Source: Gammaproteobacteria bacterium (lineage in GTDB: Bacteria > Pseudomonadota > Gammaproteobacteria > BMS3Bbin11). From it: a DNA stretch of 52,459 nucleotides. Below are positions 38,948 to 47,932 of the stretch, one piece after another. The stretch covers positions 1-52,459 of the forward strand of contig BTQX01000001.1 in assembly GCA_036986095.1 (NCBI GenBank). The letters run 5' to 3'. The notes beneath the pieces were generated by a model. It did no database searches. It was not told the DNA's origin and saw nothing but the letters and a program-made list of their open reading frames with translations. The position numbers and the translations under genes were made by a program. Positions within the stretch are counted from its first letter, which is position 1. The number at the start of each line of letters is the position of its first letter.

Positions 38948-39928
38948 TTACTTCAGTGCTTCTTTCATCAAGCTGCGATCAATAACTTCATTCGCGTTGA
39001 GTTTTTTCTTGATGTAGCCCAATCTATACGAATAGTCCATCAACTTCTGGATAAACGCGACATCAAAATCTGTCAATTCATATTCCCAACCCAGACGTTC
39101 GCGAGCCTGAGACACTACTTCAGTTGCTGGATGAACTTTTCCATCTTTATCTTTGGTGTTACCCAGCTTGAAAGTTTTGGCAATAATACCGTTACCGGCA
39201 GTTGGCTTGGAATTGAGATAGTCCACCGCTTTCTTGTGCGCTTTTAATACCTTAACGATAGCCCCGCGCTTCTTCTCCAGGGTATCTGGAAGCGCCATAA
39301 TGATATACCAGGGGTATTTCGGTACGGCCTTGTTCATATCGAACACGATCTGCGTATTACCACGAATCAGTGACTTTGAAGTGAATGGTTCCCAGATAAA
39401 CGCCGCATCAACTACTTTATTCTCTACCGAAGAATCCATATTGGCGGGTGGCATGGAGATAATCTCAACATCCTCATCCGGCTTGAGTTTCGCGGCTTCA
39501 CCTAACACAAAACCGCGTAATAGCACATCCATTCCGCTACCTTTACGCACACCAGCCAGGCGCTTACCACGCAAATCGGTAATCTTGTTTACACCGGAAT
39601 CTTTACGACTGATCACCGCTGCCTGTCCATAGTTTACCTTTGCGATAATCTGGCTTTTCAAGCCGCGTGAATACCAGTGATACACTGGAGGAGAACCGAT
39701 ATAGGCCATATCTAGTTCACCTGCAGAAAGTGCCTGATGAACCAGAGGACCACTCTTAAACTCCAGAAGTTCGACATCCAGACCCTGCTCTTCAAAATAT
39801 CCTTTTTGCTTGGCGATTAACACAGGCGCATTTGCCATGGCAAATACCCATCCGATTTTAATTTTTTCCTTGGCGTGTACAGGAAGAGCAAACGCCAAAA
39901 GTAACAATGCTAAACTTAGTTTACGCAT
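38948..39928 (-). CDS. ABC transporter substrate-binding protein (NMT1/THI5-like, NitT/TauT family)
   Basis: The 326-aa product has the signal peptide MRKLSLALLLLAFALPVHA and the family-typical KIKIGW....NAPVLIA..KGYF.E.GLDVEL..F.SG.....AL..GELD. Confidence 0.8.
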   Translation of the reverse strand: MRKLSLALLLLAFALPVHAKEKIKIGWVFAMANAPVLIAKQKGYFEEQGLDVELLEFKSGPLVHQALSAGELDMAYIGSPPVYHWYSRGLKSQIIAKVNYGQAAVISRKDSGVNKITDLRGKRLAGVRKGSGMDVLLRGFVLGEAAKLKPDEDVEIISMPPANMDSSVENKVVDAAFIWEPFTSKSLIRGNTQIVFDMNKAVPKYPWYIIMALPDTLEKKRGAIVKVLKAHKKAVDYLNSKPTAGNGIIAKTFKLGNTKDKDGKVHPATEVVSQARERLGWEYELTDFDVAFIQKLMDYSYRLGYIKKKLNANEVIDRSLMKEALK

Positions 39929-39987
39929 TTTGTTTCTCCTGAATTTAAGTTATTGAACCTGTTTGACAGCATGAAATAATAGGCCTG

Positions 39988-40824
39988 TTAACCGACCTTT
40001 TTACCTAGCTCAAGCTCCGCCATTTCTGACTCGTCAAGCGGGGCCTGAGTTTGAACCTCTTGAATTAAATGATTCAGCTCTTTTTTGTATTCCCAGAACA
40101 GCTCACTACTTTTTGTTTCACGCAGGTCCCGTGGCCTGGGTAACTCATTTATCAATTCTTTATATATTCCACCAGGCGGGCGCGCCAGCACTAGTACGCG
40201 ATCAGATAGATATACGGCTTCCTCAATGCTGTGCGTGATAAATACGATGGTTTGGCCGAGTTGATCCCACAATTGCAACAACTCATCATTCATTTTGTCG
40301 CGCAGGATTTCATCAAGAGCAGAAAACGGTTCGTCCATCAACAATAGGTGCGGTTCCAGGCACAACGCACGTGCAATCGATGCGCGTTGCCGCATGCCAC
40401 CTGACAGTTTGTTGGGTAAAAAATCCTCGAAGCCTTTGAGACCTACCATTTCGAGATTTTTTATTGCGATTTTACGGCGCTCTTTAGCCGCCATACCGGT
40501 CATTCGTAACCCGAACTCAACGTTTTCAATCGTATTTAACCAGGGAAACAGGTTGGCAGCCTGGAAAATATAACCAAGGTGCGGGTCTTCCGGTGTAATG
40601 TGTTCCCCGCGAAGCAATGAAGAACCGCTATCGGGTTGATAAAAACCAGCTAACAAATTTAATAATGTCGTTTTTCCGCATCCCGAAGGCCCCAGAACTG
40701 CCAATAATTCGCCAGGTTTCACATCAATATTCAGATTTTCAAAAATTTGTAAATTGCCACCGTAGGCAAAATTAAGATTGCTGATGGACAGATTGTCTCC
40801 ACCAATATGATTATCGCCTGCCAC
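39988..40824 (-). CDS. ABC transporter ATP-binding protein (NitT/TauT family)
   Basis: It has Walker A (GPSGCGKTT), the signature LSGGMRQR and Walker B (LLLMDEPFSALD). I trimmed the start to the GTG at 40824, preceded by TAGGAGG. The longer ORF-track N-terminus (Cys/Phe-rich) looks non-coding. Confidence 0.85.
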   Translation of the reverse strand: MAGDNHIGGDNLSISNLNFAYGGNLQIFENLNIDVKPGELLAVLGPSGCGKTTLLNLLAGFYQPDSGSSLLRGEHITPEDPHLGYIFQAANLFPWLNTIENVEFGLRMTGMAAKERRKIAIKNLEMVGLKGFEDFLPNKLSGGMRQRASIARALCLEPHLLLMDEPFSALDEILRDKMNDELLQLWDQLGQTIVFITHSIEEAVYLSDRVLVLARPPGGIYKELINELPRPRDLRETKSSELFWEYKKELNHLIQEVQTQAPLDESEMAELELGKKVG

Positions 40825-41050
40825 AGAGCCTCCTAAGCTGTTGAAATAGTATGATTTTTTAGATAATGTTACGAAGCAAAAAATCACAAACTGATAGTGC
40901 TTGCAAATCAGTATGCATTGATTGCACAATAAAGAATGTCGCCTGCACGACAAACAAACTTATCGCTGTATAAATAATTGTAATAATGGTTCAGAATACA
41001 ATAATAAACTTATAAGGAACCTCTATTTTTTAAGATACGGAAAGTCAAAA

Positions 41051-41788
41051 ATGAAACTAAACGACTCGCCATTACTGTCTCATGAGGATATAGCGCGTAT
41101 TAGTGCAATTACCAGCAGCATGTACAAAAAAGGTGCCTTTGTATTCCAGGCCGGCACGCCTGGAAAAAATATTTATTTATTGAATAAAGGACGCATAAAA
41201 CTGTACCGGCTTTCACCTACCGGCAAGGAAATTACACAGTGGTTTTGCTTCCCAGGTGAAGTATTTGGCCTGGCAGAACTGCCATCAAATAAACAGCGTT
41301 CTATTTATGCGCAGTGTTGCGAAAATTGCGAGGTAACAACAATCCCGCTAAATCAATTTAAGAATCTTCTCGCAACTTCTCCTGAAATCGCCATACAAGT
41401 TATTGAACAACTATCATTACGACTAAAGATTGTCGGCAATACATTACTCAATGTGACGGCTGATGACTCCCGTTCACGCATAATCAAGCTATTAATACGA
41501 CTTAGTAAACGTTTTGGTGTTGAGTGTAATAACGGGATCTTGATTGATGTTGTGCTTACACATAAAGAACTGGCTGACATGGTTGGTACATGTCGACAAA
41601 CGGTAACAACAATGATCGGTGATTTAAAACGTGATGGGTATATAGAGTATGTCAATCACCTGATTGTAATTCACTCCATGTCAGCATTTGAAGCCCTGAC
41701 TATACCGGGACAAACTAATGCACCCATAGTTAATAAAGGACCCGTCCAGTACACCAACCCGGGGTCAGATAGGGGTCTTAACATATAA
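41051..41788 (+). CDS. Crp-family cyclic-nucleotide-binding transcriptional regulator
   Basis: I trimmed the start to the ATG at 41051. It has a cNMP-binding beta-roll (GEVFGLAEL....QRSIYAQC, with the phosphate-binding RS pair) and a C-terminal HTH (HKELADMVGTCRQTVTTMIGDLKRDGYI). There is no FNR-type N-terminal Cys cluster. The last codons run into a GGGGTCAGA REP-like sequence. Confidence 0.8.
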   Translation: MKLNDSPLLSHEDIARISAITSSMYKKGAFVFQAGTPGKNIYLLNKGRIKLYRLSPTGKEITQWFCFPGEVFGLAELPSNKQRSIYAQCCENCEVTTIPLNQFKNLLATSPEIAIQVIEQLSLRLKIVGNTLLNVTADDSRSRIIKLLIRLSKRFGVECNNGILIDVVLTHKELADMVGTCRQTVTTMIGDLKRDGYIEYVNHLIVIHSMSAFEALTIPGQTNAPIVNKGPVQYTNPGSDRGLNI

Positions 41789-41917
41789 AGTACATTACTA
41801 AAGTAGGAAACCATGTCTATTTAACGAAATGCCCACAACGGATTAAACACAAATACCTACAAAAAAGTCCGTAAAAATCTCAACAAGGCCGCATCGTATA
41901 TTACAGGTTAGGTTTTA

Positions 41918-42631
41918 ATGATTAAACAACCACTACTTCTGATTTTTCCCGTTTTAACCCTTGCCCTACTGATTCCTGTGTCAGCAGTTTTCTCCCAGCC
42001 GGTGCTGGCTGAAAATTTTACCCTGCAAGGTAGTTTGAAAATATATAAGAAAGGAGGGAAGAAGACACTAAGGCGTTTTGACAACGCGTTGGTCTATTTG
42101 GAAGGAATTTCGGCCTCAGTTCCCGAACAGCTAGCCGAAGTTGATCAACGCAAGAAGAAATTTAATCCAAGATTGTTGCCCGTCGTTCAAGGCCAGGTAG
42201 TGCGTTTTTATAATTGGGATAAGGTGGAGCATAACGTATTCAGTACTGAAGAAAAAAATAGCTTTGATCTTGGTAGATACCCAAAAGCGGACTTCCGTGA
42301 CCGGCCCTATATGGATCCGGGTTTGTACAAAATATACTGCAATATACACAAGGCGATGATTCTTGATATCCTGGTTGTTCCCAGCCGATATTATGCCGTG
42401 ACAGATAAAAAAGGTGAGTATCAGATTAAAAATGTACCTGCTGGCGAGTATACCTTGAAGGCATGGCATATATATGGCGGTTCGGCCGAGCTTCCGATAG
42501 CAGTAAAGCAGGACACAAATTTTGAAGAGATAATATTGAATAGTACCCGAGTAGTTCACGATATAAAGAATCATATGAATAAATTTGGAAAAAAATATAA
42601 AAATTCAGGCAGCCGTTATCGCGGAAAATAA
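41918..42631 (+). CDS. Secreted cupredoxin-like protein with a type-1-copper-like ligand set plus a CarboxypepD_reg-like domain
   Basis: The 237-aa product has a signal peptide. The candidate ligands are His in VEHNVFS and C-x2-H-x2-M in YCNIHKAM, which is amicyanin-type spacing. The C-terminal segment TDKKGEYQIKNVPAGEYTLKAW is typical of carboxypeptidase-regulatory-like beta-sandwiches. Confidence 0.6.
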   Translation: MIKQPLLLIFPVLTLALLIPVSAVFSQPVLAENFTLQGSLKIYKKGGKKTLRRFDNALVYLEGISASVPEQLAEVDQRKKKFNPRLLPVVQGQVVRFYNWDKVEHNVFSTEEKNSFDLGRYPKADFRDRPYMDPGLYKIYCNIHKAMILDILVVPSRYYAVTDKKGEYQIKNVPAGEYTLKAWHIYGGSAELPIAVKQDTNFEEIILNSTRVVHDIKNHMNKFGKKYKNSGSRYRGK

Positions 42632-42633
42632 AC

Positions 42634-44598
42634 ATGTTGTTCTCCTTCCGCTACAAATTGTCGTTAATAATTTTTTTGGTAGCCTTGTTGATACTTTTCA
42701 TGGCTTTTTTTGCGATTGAAAACGTTCTTGAAAAAGAATTTCGTCTGGTAATTGAACAGCGCCTGCAACAAGCACAGGATGTTGTTAATCAACTTATGGA
42801 AGATCGATTTGATCGTTTGTTAATTCAGGCAGTAACCGTAGCAGACAATAAATTAACCCAGGATATACTTACTGATAAAAACCTTAGTACGGTAACGCGG
42901 GATGACATAGCTCGCGACGAAATACTGCCAACTTTACAAGCCGACTCTATGTTGATTACTGATGGCGATGGTAAGTTACTGGCAGAAACCTTCGAGCATG
43001 ACCCTCTCTGGGGAAAATTAAAAACGCAGCCGGCTTTTGAAGACGGTATAGCTGGTGAAGAAGTAGCGGGTATCATTTTCTTTGAAGGTACATTATTACA
43101 GTGGCTATTGTTGCCAGTCTATATTGATCATTTGATGTTTGGCACGGTAATTCTGGTTAGTACTTTGGGGGCGCAGGAATTACAGACGATTAGTCAGCTG
43201 ACCGGCACAGAATTATTAATTTCCTCCGACAATGAATTCCTTGCAACAGGCTGGCAAAAGCAGAAGGCTGCCAGGAGTGTGCATAGCCCATCATCCAAAG
43301 ATCAGCTTAGCTTTAGTGATTTGGAAAAAAATACTCAAGCAGGTCTTTATAAAGGCCAGTCTACAACCGAGGTAAATCTGCTTGGTGAACGTTATTTATT
43401 GCGTTTCAACGTGCCGAAAAATGCATTTACTCCCACCTATGTGGTCGCTCAGTCACTGGATCGCGCGCTGGCTTTTGTTGAAACGATCAAACAGGTGATG
43501 CTAATTATTGGTTTGATTGCTTTGATCATCGCCGGAGGTTTAGGGTTTGTAATTGCTTGTACTGTGTCGAGACCAATACGACTATTAAGTAAAGCCAACC
43601 GTGCAGTTGCGAAGGAGGATTTTAGCCAACGAGTGGATATACAGACCCGGGATGAATTTCATGAACTGGGTGAGTCATTTAATCATATGACTGAGTCGCT
43701 GGCGGAGAAAGCGAAAATACGTCTGGCGCTGGACAAGACCGTATCCAGAGAAGTGGCAGATCATCTGATGAAGCAGGGGGTGCAGCTGGGAGGAGAGAGC
43801 CGCGAGGTGACTATTTTATTTGCAGATATAAACGATTTCACATCATTGAGTGAGCGCTTATCAGAACAACAGTTATTAAACCTTTTAAACTCATATTTCA
43901 CACGTATTAATTCCTGCATACCGCAGTATCACGGGACTATAGACAAATATATCGGCGATGCTGTCATGGTATTGTTTGGAGCTCCGGTAAATGATGCGCT
44001 GCATGCTCTCCATGCAATTCAGGCTGCTCACGCAATATGGAATACGGTGCGGAAGTTTAATGAAGAAGTCAGCGAACAATTTGGGTGTAAGCTTGATATC
44101 GGTATCGGCATTAACAGTGGACAGGTATTGTCCGGTTTGATGGGTTCGGAAGACCGAATGAGCTATACGGTGCTGGGTGATCACGTCAATATTGCTTCTC
44201 GTGTGGAAGGTTTAAGCAAGCTCTACGGTGCGCGCATAATTGTCACTGATGAAACCAGGAAATTGGCTATACAGCAGGCTGGTCGGGATTATACCTACGT
44301 GTATCGTCGTCTTGATAATGTTCAGGTAAAGGGAAAAACTGTAGGCATCAATATTTACCAACCTATATATGAAAGAGATGAGGTAGATAAAAAACTGCAA
44401 GCTTATAATAGGGCATATGATTTTATCCTGAAGCACGAATTCAGGAAGGCGATGGCTGAATTTGAAAATTACATAAATTCGTGGCCACATGACAAAGTAG
44501 TGAATCTATGGTTTGAGCGCTGTAAATTGTATGCAGAGAAAATAGAAGCATTTGAACTGGATTACCGTGATGGAGTGCGGATTCTAAATACAAAATAA
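42634..44598 (+). CDS. Membrane sensor class III adenylate cyclase (periplasmic domain, TM, HAMP, cyclase)
   Basis: The 654-aa product has two TM segments flanking a roughly 270-aa periplasmic domain. It has a HAMP domain (SRPIRLLSKANRAVAKEDFSQRV) and a cyclase core (VTILFADINDFTSLSE, GTIDKYIGDAVMVLFGAP with the adenine-specifying Lys, and YTVLGDHVNIASRVEG). Its start codon lies 2 nt after the cupredoxin stop. Confidence 0.85.
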   Translation: MLFSFRYKLSLIIFLVALLILFMAFFAIENVLEKEFRLVIEQRLQQAQDVVNQLMEDRFDRLLIQAVTVADNKLTQDILTDKNLSTVTRDDIARDEILPTLQADSMLITDGDGKLLAETFEHDPLWGKLKTQPAFEDGIAGEEVAGIIFFEGTLLQWLLLPVYIDHLMFGTVILVSTLGAQELQTISQLTGTELLISSDNEFLATGWQKQKAARSVHSPSSKDQLSFSDLEKNTQAGLYKGQSTTEVNLLGERYLLRFNVPKNAFTPTYVVAQSLDRALAFVETIKQVMLIIGLIALIIAGGLGFVIACTVSRPIRLLSKANRAVAKEDFSQRVDIQTRDEFHELGESFNHMTESLAEKAKIRLALDKTVSREVADHLMKQGVQLGGESREVTILFADINDFTSLSERLSEQQLLNLLNSYFTRINSCIPQYHGTIDKYIGDAVMVLFGAPVNDALHALHAIQAAHAIWNTVRKFNEEVSEQFGCKLDIGIGINSGQVLSGLMGSEDRMSYTVLGDHVNIASRVEGLSKLYGARIIVTDETRKLAIQQAGRDYTYVYRRLDNVQVKGKTVGINIYQPIYERDEVDKKLQAYNRAYDFILKHEFRKAMAEFENYINSWPHDKVVNLWFERCKLYAEKIEAFELDYRDGVRILNTK

Positions 44599-44616
44599 AA
44601 CAGCCATGTTTTGTAT

Positions 44617-47154
44617 TCAATCAACATGGAAATGGCGTATTACTCTATCCATTGACTCTCGGTAAGCAGCAGGTAAATTGCGGTAGAGATTTTTTTCTGT
44701 TCTTTGTGAAATATTTGTACGGATAGAGCTAAGATAGCGATGGATCTTGGAATTAATGCGGGCATGAATTACCCTGTCCTGGCTTCCGGCAAGCCAGTTA
44801 ATTGCCTGATCAATGTCACAGTCATTATCTGCCAGAGCCAGCAGGCACAGGCCGCGCAGGTGATTGGAAAGAGTACGTGATTTATGGCTATAGCCAAGTT
44901 CGGCTTCAGCCGGCTTGATGCGAAAGGCATGCTTACGAAGTATTAGCAATTCTTGCGGCAGATCAGATGAGTCCACAGCAGCGCCATCCAACGGTCTTAG
45001 ATCAGCAGAAGCATTGCTAGCGGGACCAGTCCTGATTGGGGTTGCCACACTGGTATCTCTGGTGGTTGAAAGATAACCTGCACGTAGAATATTATCATCC
45101 TCCAGCATTGCCTTACCAATAGCCGAACGTATTTCCGATTTAAGCTCACGGGCATTTCCTGTCATATACTTTTTACGTGTAAGCAGGTTCATAGCACGGG
45201 GCGAGACGATGGAAACTTCATGCGACATTTCAATACTGAGCACTTTTGTGAAATGTTCAATCAGTATCGGAATATCTTCGATACGGTCACGTAACGGTGG
45301 CAGGTAGACCCTGGCGCCTAGCCGCGCAAGTACATCACTGCGTAATTCGCCTGAACTGATGAGGCTGACAGGGTCGCGATTGGTGGCAAGGATAAATTTG
45401 ATGTTGACGGTCATGCCAGGGCCGCTGCCTATGCCGGGTTCAAACGGGCGACCTTCGAGTGGATATAGCAGCAAATCCTGAACAGAGAGCGGCAGACGAT
45501 CAAAATCGTCCAGCACCAGTGTTCCACCATCGCATTCCTGTAGCAGGCCAGGGCTTCCTTCTTTAGCAACATTTGTCAGACCGTGGCCGATGCCAATTCC
45601 AAAAATTCTTCCCAAAGCGAATGCCGGGTCAGCGTGTTCAAACTGCGCACAGCTGATTGTTTTGTAGGAATTATCATGGTTAGGCCCAAGACGATGAATG
45701 GCCCATGCAATATCTGTTTTGCCTGTTCCAGATTCGCCGACAATCATTACGGGAGTCATATTATGTGCCGCAAGTACGGTTTGTTTAAAAATCTCTTCCC
45801 ATAAAGGGCTAGCTCCCAGCAGGCGCTCTCGGCGTATATCTGTAAGTTCAGGGTAGCGATGTTCCAGTCGAGTCAGTCCGGAAGTTGTGTTGCTATCGTT
45901 AGTGACCTCACCTGATTCCTGTTGGCGATAGTCATCCAGAGAGCTACGCAGTTCAGATATCTCACTGCTCAGGGTATGAATACGCACATCCCTGTTTTTT
46001 ACCATGTTGCGCTCTCTATCAAGTTGGGCTTCCAGCAAATGCAGGCGCCCTCGGATGATGCCGCGTATACCAAGCAGTTCGTGATTGAGGATAGACATAG
46101 TCAGTGCAAGAGGTATCAACGCAATAGGGCCGAACAACCAGCTGTAGCTCGGTACCAGCGGCGTACCAGTCATCAGTATGGGTAAATTCCACAATAAAAT
46201 GTGTACAAAGGCTACCACGATGAATGCGCCTACGATCCAGCGTGTTCTTGCACGTTGCACAGGGTTTGTACTGTGATGATAAGTGCTGGCCATGAAAAAG
46301 GTGATCAGTATGAGCAGGGCTGTGTTAAGTAACAGCCTGGGTTCATAAACCGCAATTATGCGCTGAAGATTGTCACCCTGACTTGTCATCATAACTAGAA
46401 ACGGGGTACCCAGCGAAATTACGTATATAGTAGTAACTAGCCAGGGGTAGCGCAGCACCAGGGAATGTCTCTCAGGAAAGACCAGGGCGATATGCAGCAA
46501 GCTTGCCATCGCAACCTGTAACGATAAGGCCTCGGTGAAGGCGTTGAAAATAAGGGATTCGAACGCAATCCCTCGAATAAGCGGCGACATAAATATTGGC
46601 CACTGGGGATCCAGGCTGGCAAGCCAGAGTATCGCGGCAGAGAAGCACACTCCAATCAGAAAGGCCGATGCATCGCGCGACCTGGCCAGAATGATTGATA
46701 TGATAAGTATGCTAAGAAATACCAGTAGACTGAATCTGGCCCAATTGTAGTTCCAGACTTCAGCGCCATTTAATGGGCGCGACGTGATTTCCAGCTTAAT
46801 GGGCATACCGTTGCGTAGAAATTCAAATCCTGCCGGTTGTTCGCGCCATTTGGAGCGTTCTGTTACATAGCGACTTCTGTTCTCCCGGTTCAGTTTCAGC
46901 CAGTCCTCAATTTTGCGATCGTCTATTGCCAATAAAGGATCGCCTACTCTGACGCCGGCCAGTTCAGCAGGGCTTGATGGGTAGACCTCATTAACCACAG
47001 CAGATTCGCCGCTTACCTGTGTACCAAAACCAATTATGTAGGTGTTTAGCGCAGCCGGTACACGTATGAACACCAGATAAATAAAGATTAACGCCAGCAG
47101 AACTGTTAGCGCAGAGGTTGTTGCGCGTTGATTAGCCAGCGAGCCAAATTTCAC
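44617..47154 (-). CDS. Membrane-embedded PDZ-domain AAA+ regulator related to sigma-54 enhancer-binding proteins, with a degenerate GAFTGA motif
   Basis: The 845-aa product uses a GTG start. In order it has a TM segment, a PDZ domain (VVNEVYPSSPAELAGVRVGDPLLAIDDRKI), about seven TM helices and a coiled coil. The AAA+ domain has Walker A (VGESGTGKT) and Walker B (GGTLVLDDFDRL), plus ILATNRD and PPLRDRIEDIP. The C-terminal region is helical. Confidence 0.7.
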   Translation of the reverse strand: MKFGSLANQRATTSALTVLLALIFIYLVFIRVPAALNTYIIGFGTQVSGESAVVNEVYPSSPAELAGVRVGDPLLAIDDRKIEDWLKLNRENRSRYVTERSKWREQPAGFEFLRNGMPIKLEITSRPLNGAEVWNYNWARFSLLVFLSILIISIILARSRDASAFLIGVCFSAAILWLASLDPQWPIFMSPLIRGIAFESLIFNAFTEALSLQVAMASLLHIALVFPERHSLVLRYPWLVTTIYVISLGTPFLVMMTSQGDNLQRIIAVYEPRLLLNTALLILITFFMASTYHHSTNPVQRARTRWIVGAFIVVAFVHILLWNLPILMTGTPLVPSYSWLFGPIALIPLALTMSILNHELLGIRGIIRGRLHLLEAQLDRERNMVKNRDVRIHTLSSEISELRSSLDDYRQQESGEVTNDSNTTSGLTRLEHRYPELTDIRRERLLGASPLWEEIFKQTVLAAHNMTPVMIVGESGTGKTDIAWAIHRLGPNHDNSYKTISCAQFEHADPAFALGRIFGIGIGHGLTNVAKEGSPGLLQECDGGTLVLDDFDRLPLSVQDLLLYPLEGRPFEPGIGSGPGMTVNIKFILATNRDPVSLISSGELRSDVLARLGARVYLPPLRDRIEDIPILIEHFTKVLSIEMSHEVSIVSPRAMNLLTRKKYMTGNARELKSEIRSAIGKAMLEDDNILRAGYLSTTRDTSVATPIRTGPASNASADLRPLDGAAVDSSDLPQELLILRKHAFRIKPAEAELGYSHKSRTLSNHLRGLCLLALADNDCDIDQAINWLAGSQDRVIHARINSKIHRYLSSIRTNISQRTEKNLYRNLPAAYRESMDRVIRHFHVD

Positions 47155-47273
47155 ACTTCACCACACATTTATTCTCACACATTCTGCACAATATTAAACA
47201 CATACTTCACACATAAACGCAAGCGTGTTTTTGTAAGTAATTGAAATATATAACAAAAAATATTCATATTTTA

Positions 47274-47290
47274 TTGGCACGTAAATTGGA
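47274..47290 (+). promoter_or_regulatory. Candidate sigma-54 (-24/-12) promoter TTGGCACGTAAATTGGA
   Basis: It matches YTGGCACG-N4-TTGCW except that the -12 GC is GG. It lies 68 bp upstream of the ATG at 47358, in the divergent intergenic region next to the AAA+ regulator gene. It is the only intergenic TGGCAC-N5-TTG match I found by eye. Confidence 0.4.
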
Positions 47291-47357
47291 ACAAGTGAAG
47301 TGACGGTGCATAAAAGAATGTTCCTGAATGTACACGCAAAGCCAATAGGAGGTTGTT

Positions 47358-47876
47358 ATGAAAGATTCAAGTTTACGTAAGAAGATGATAAAGGGGTTAA
47401 TAGTCAGTTATGTCTCTGTACTGGGGGTCGTCCCCAGCCTGGCAGGCGCAGATGGCTCTACTCAGATGCTCCAGTTTGAACTGACTTTTGGAAATAAGAA
47501 ACCGGTCAGCAACTTCTATATGTCTGTGCGACCTACTGGAATGGCGACAGTAGATGAAGCAGACACCGATACTCAGTCCATGATTCGAATGCCTGTATTT
47601 TCTACTGACAGATCCCGGGTGACGATGTTGAATCCGTTGCCAATGTTCTATGCCAATGAGGGTGGATCTTCAACAGAAGGTGATGGAGATCGCAGTACTG
47701 CGCAAAAAACAGGCAGTGTATTGGCCGGGGCCATTTTAGTAGTCGGATCTGTAGCAGCTATTGCCTGGGCAGCCGCTGAATTTAGTCATTCTTTTGATGA
47801 TATTTGTAATGAAGGATGTGTTGGCCCCATCGATATTCCAGATCTGTCCATATTAGATCCAAATACAGGTTCATGA
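47358..47876 (+). CDS. Small secreted protein with a C-proximal TM anchor, hypothetical
   Basis: The 172-aa product follows a strong SD (AGGAGG). It has the signal peptide ...VSVLGVVPSLAGA, an acidic Gly/Ser/Thr-rich linker and the TM segment GSVLAGAILVVGSVAAIAWAAA. The tail ends ...DLSILDPNTGS. Confidence 0.5.
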   Translation: MKDSSLRKKMIKGLIVSYVSVLGVVPSLAGADGSTQMLQFELTFGNKKPVSNFYMSVRPTGMATVDEADTDTQSMIRMPVFSTDRSRVTMLNPLPMFYANEGGSSTEGDGDRSTAQKTGSVLAGAILVVGSVAAIAWAAAEFSHSFDDICNEGCVGPIDIPDLSILDPNTGS

Positions 47877-47932
47877 GTGCACGCGCTTTACCAGCGCGGT
47901 CACTTTTCATTAAGTAAGCAAAGGAGATAACC

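Noticed and set aside
40890-40912. The palindrome ACTGAT-N11-ATCAGT in the Crp/ABC divergent region, considered as a CRP or FNR site.
   Set aside because: The spacing and half-sites do not fit TGTGA-N6-TCACA or TTGAT-N4-ATCAA, and I found no better match by eye. It may still be an operator, but I cannot support that.
40825-41050. Long N-terminal extensions of both the ABC ATPase (to 40953) and the Crp-like gene (from 40922), which would overlap each other.
   Set aside because: The extensions are Cys/Asn/Phe-rich AT-rich translations with no family counterpart. Internal starts with good Shine-Dalgarno sequences (GTG 40824 and ATG 41051) give normal protein lengths.
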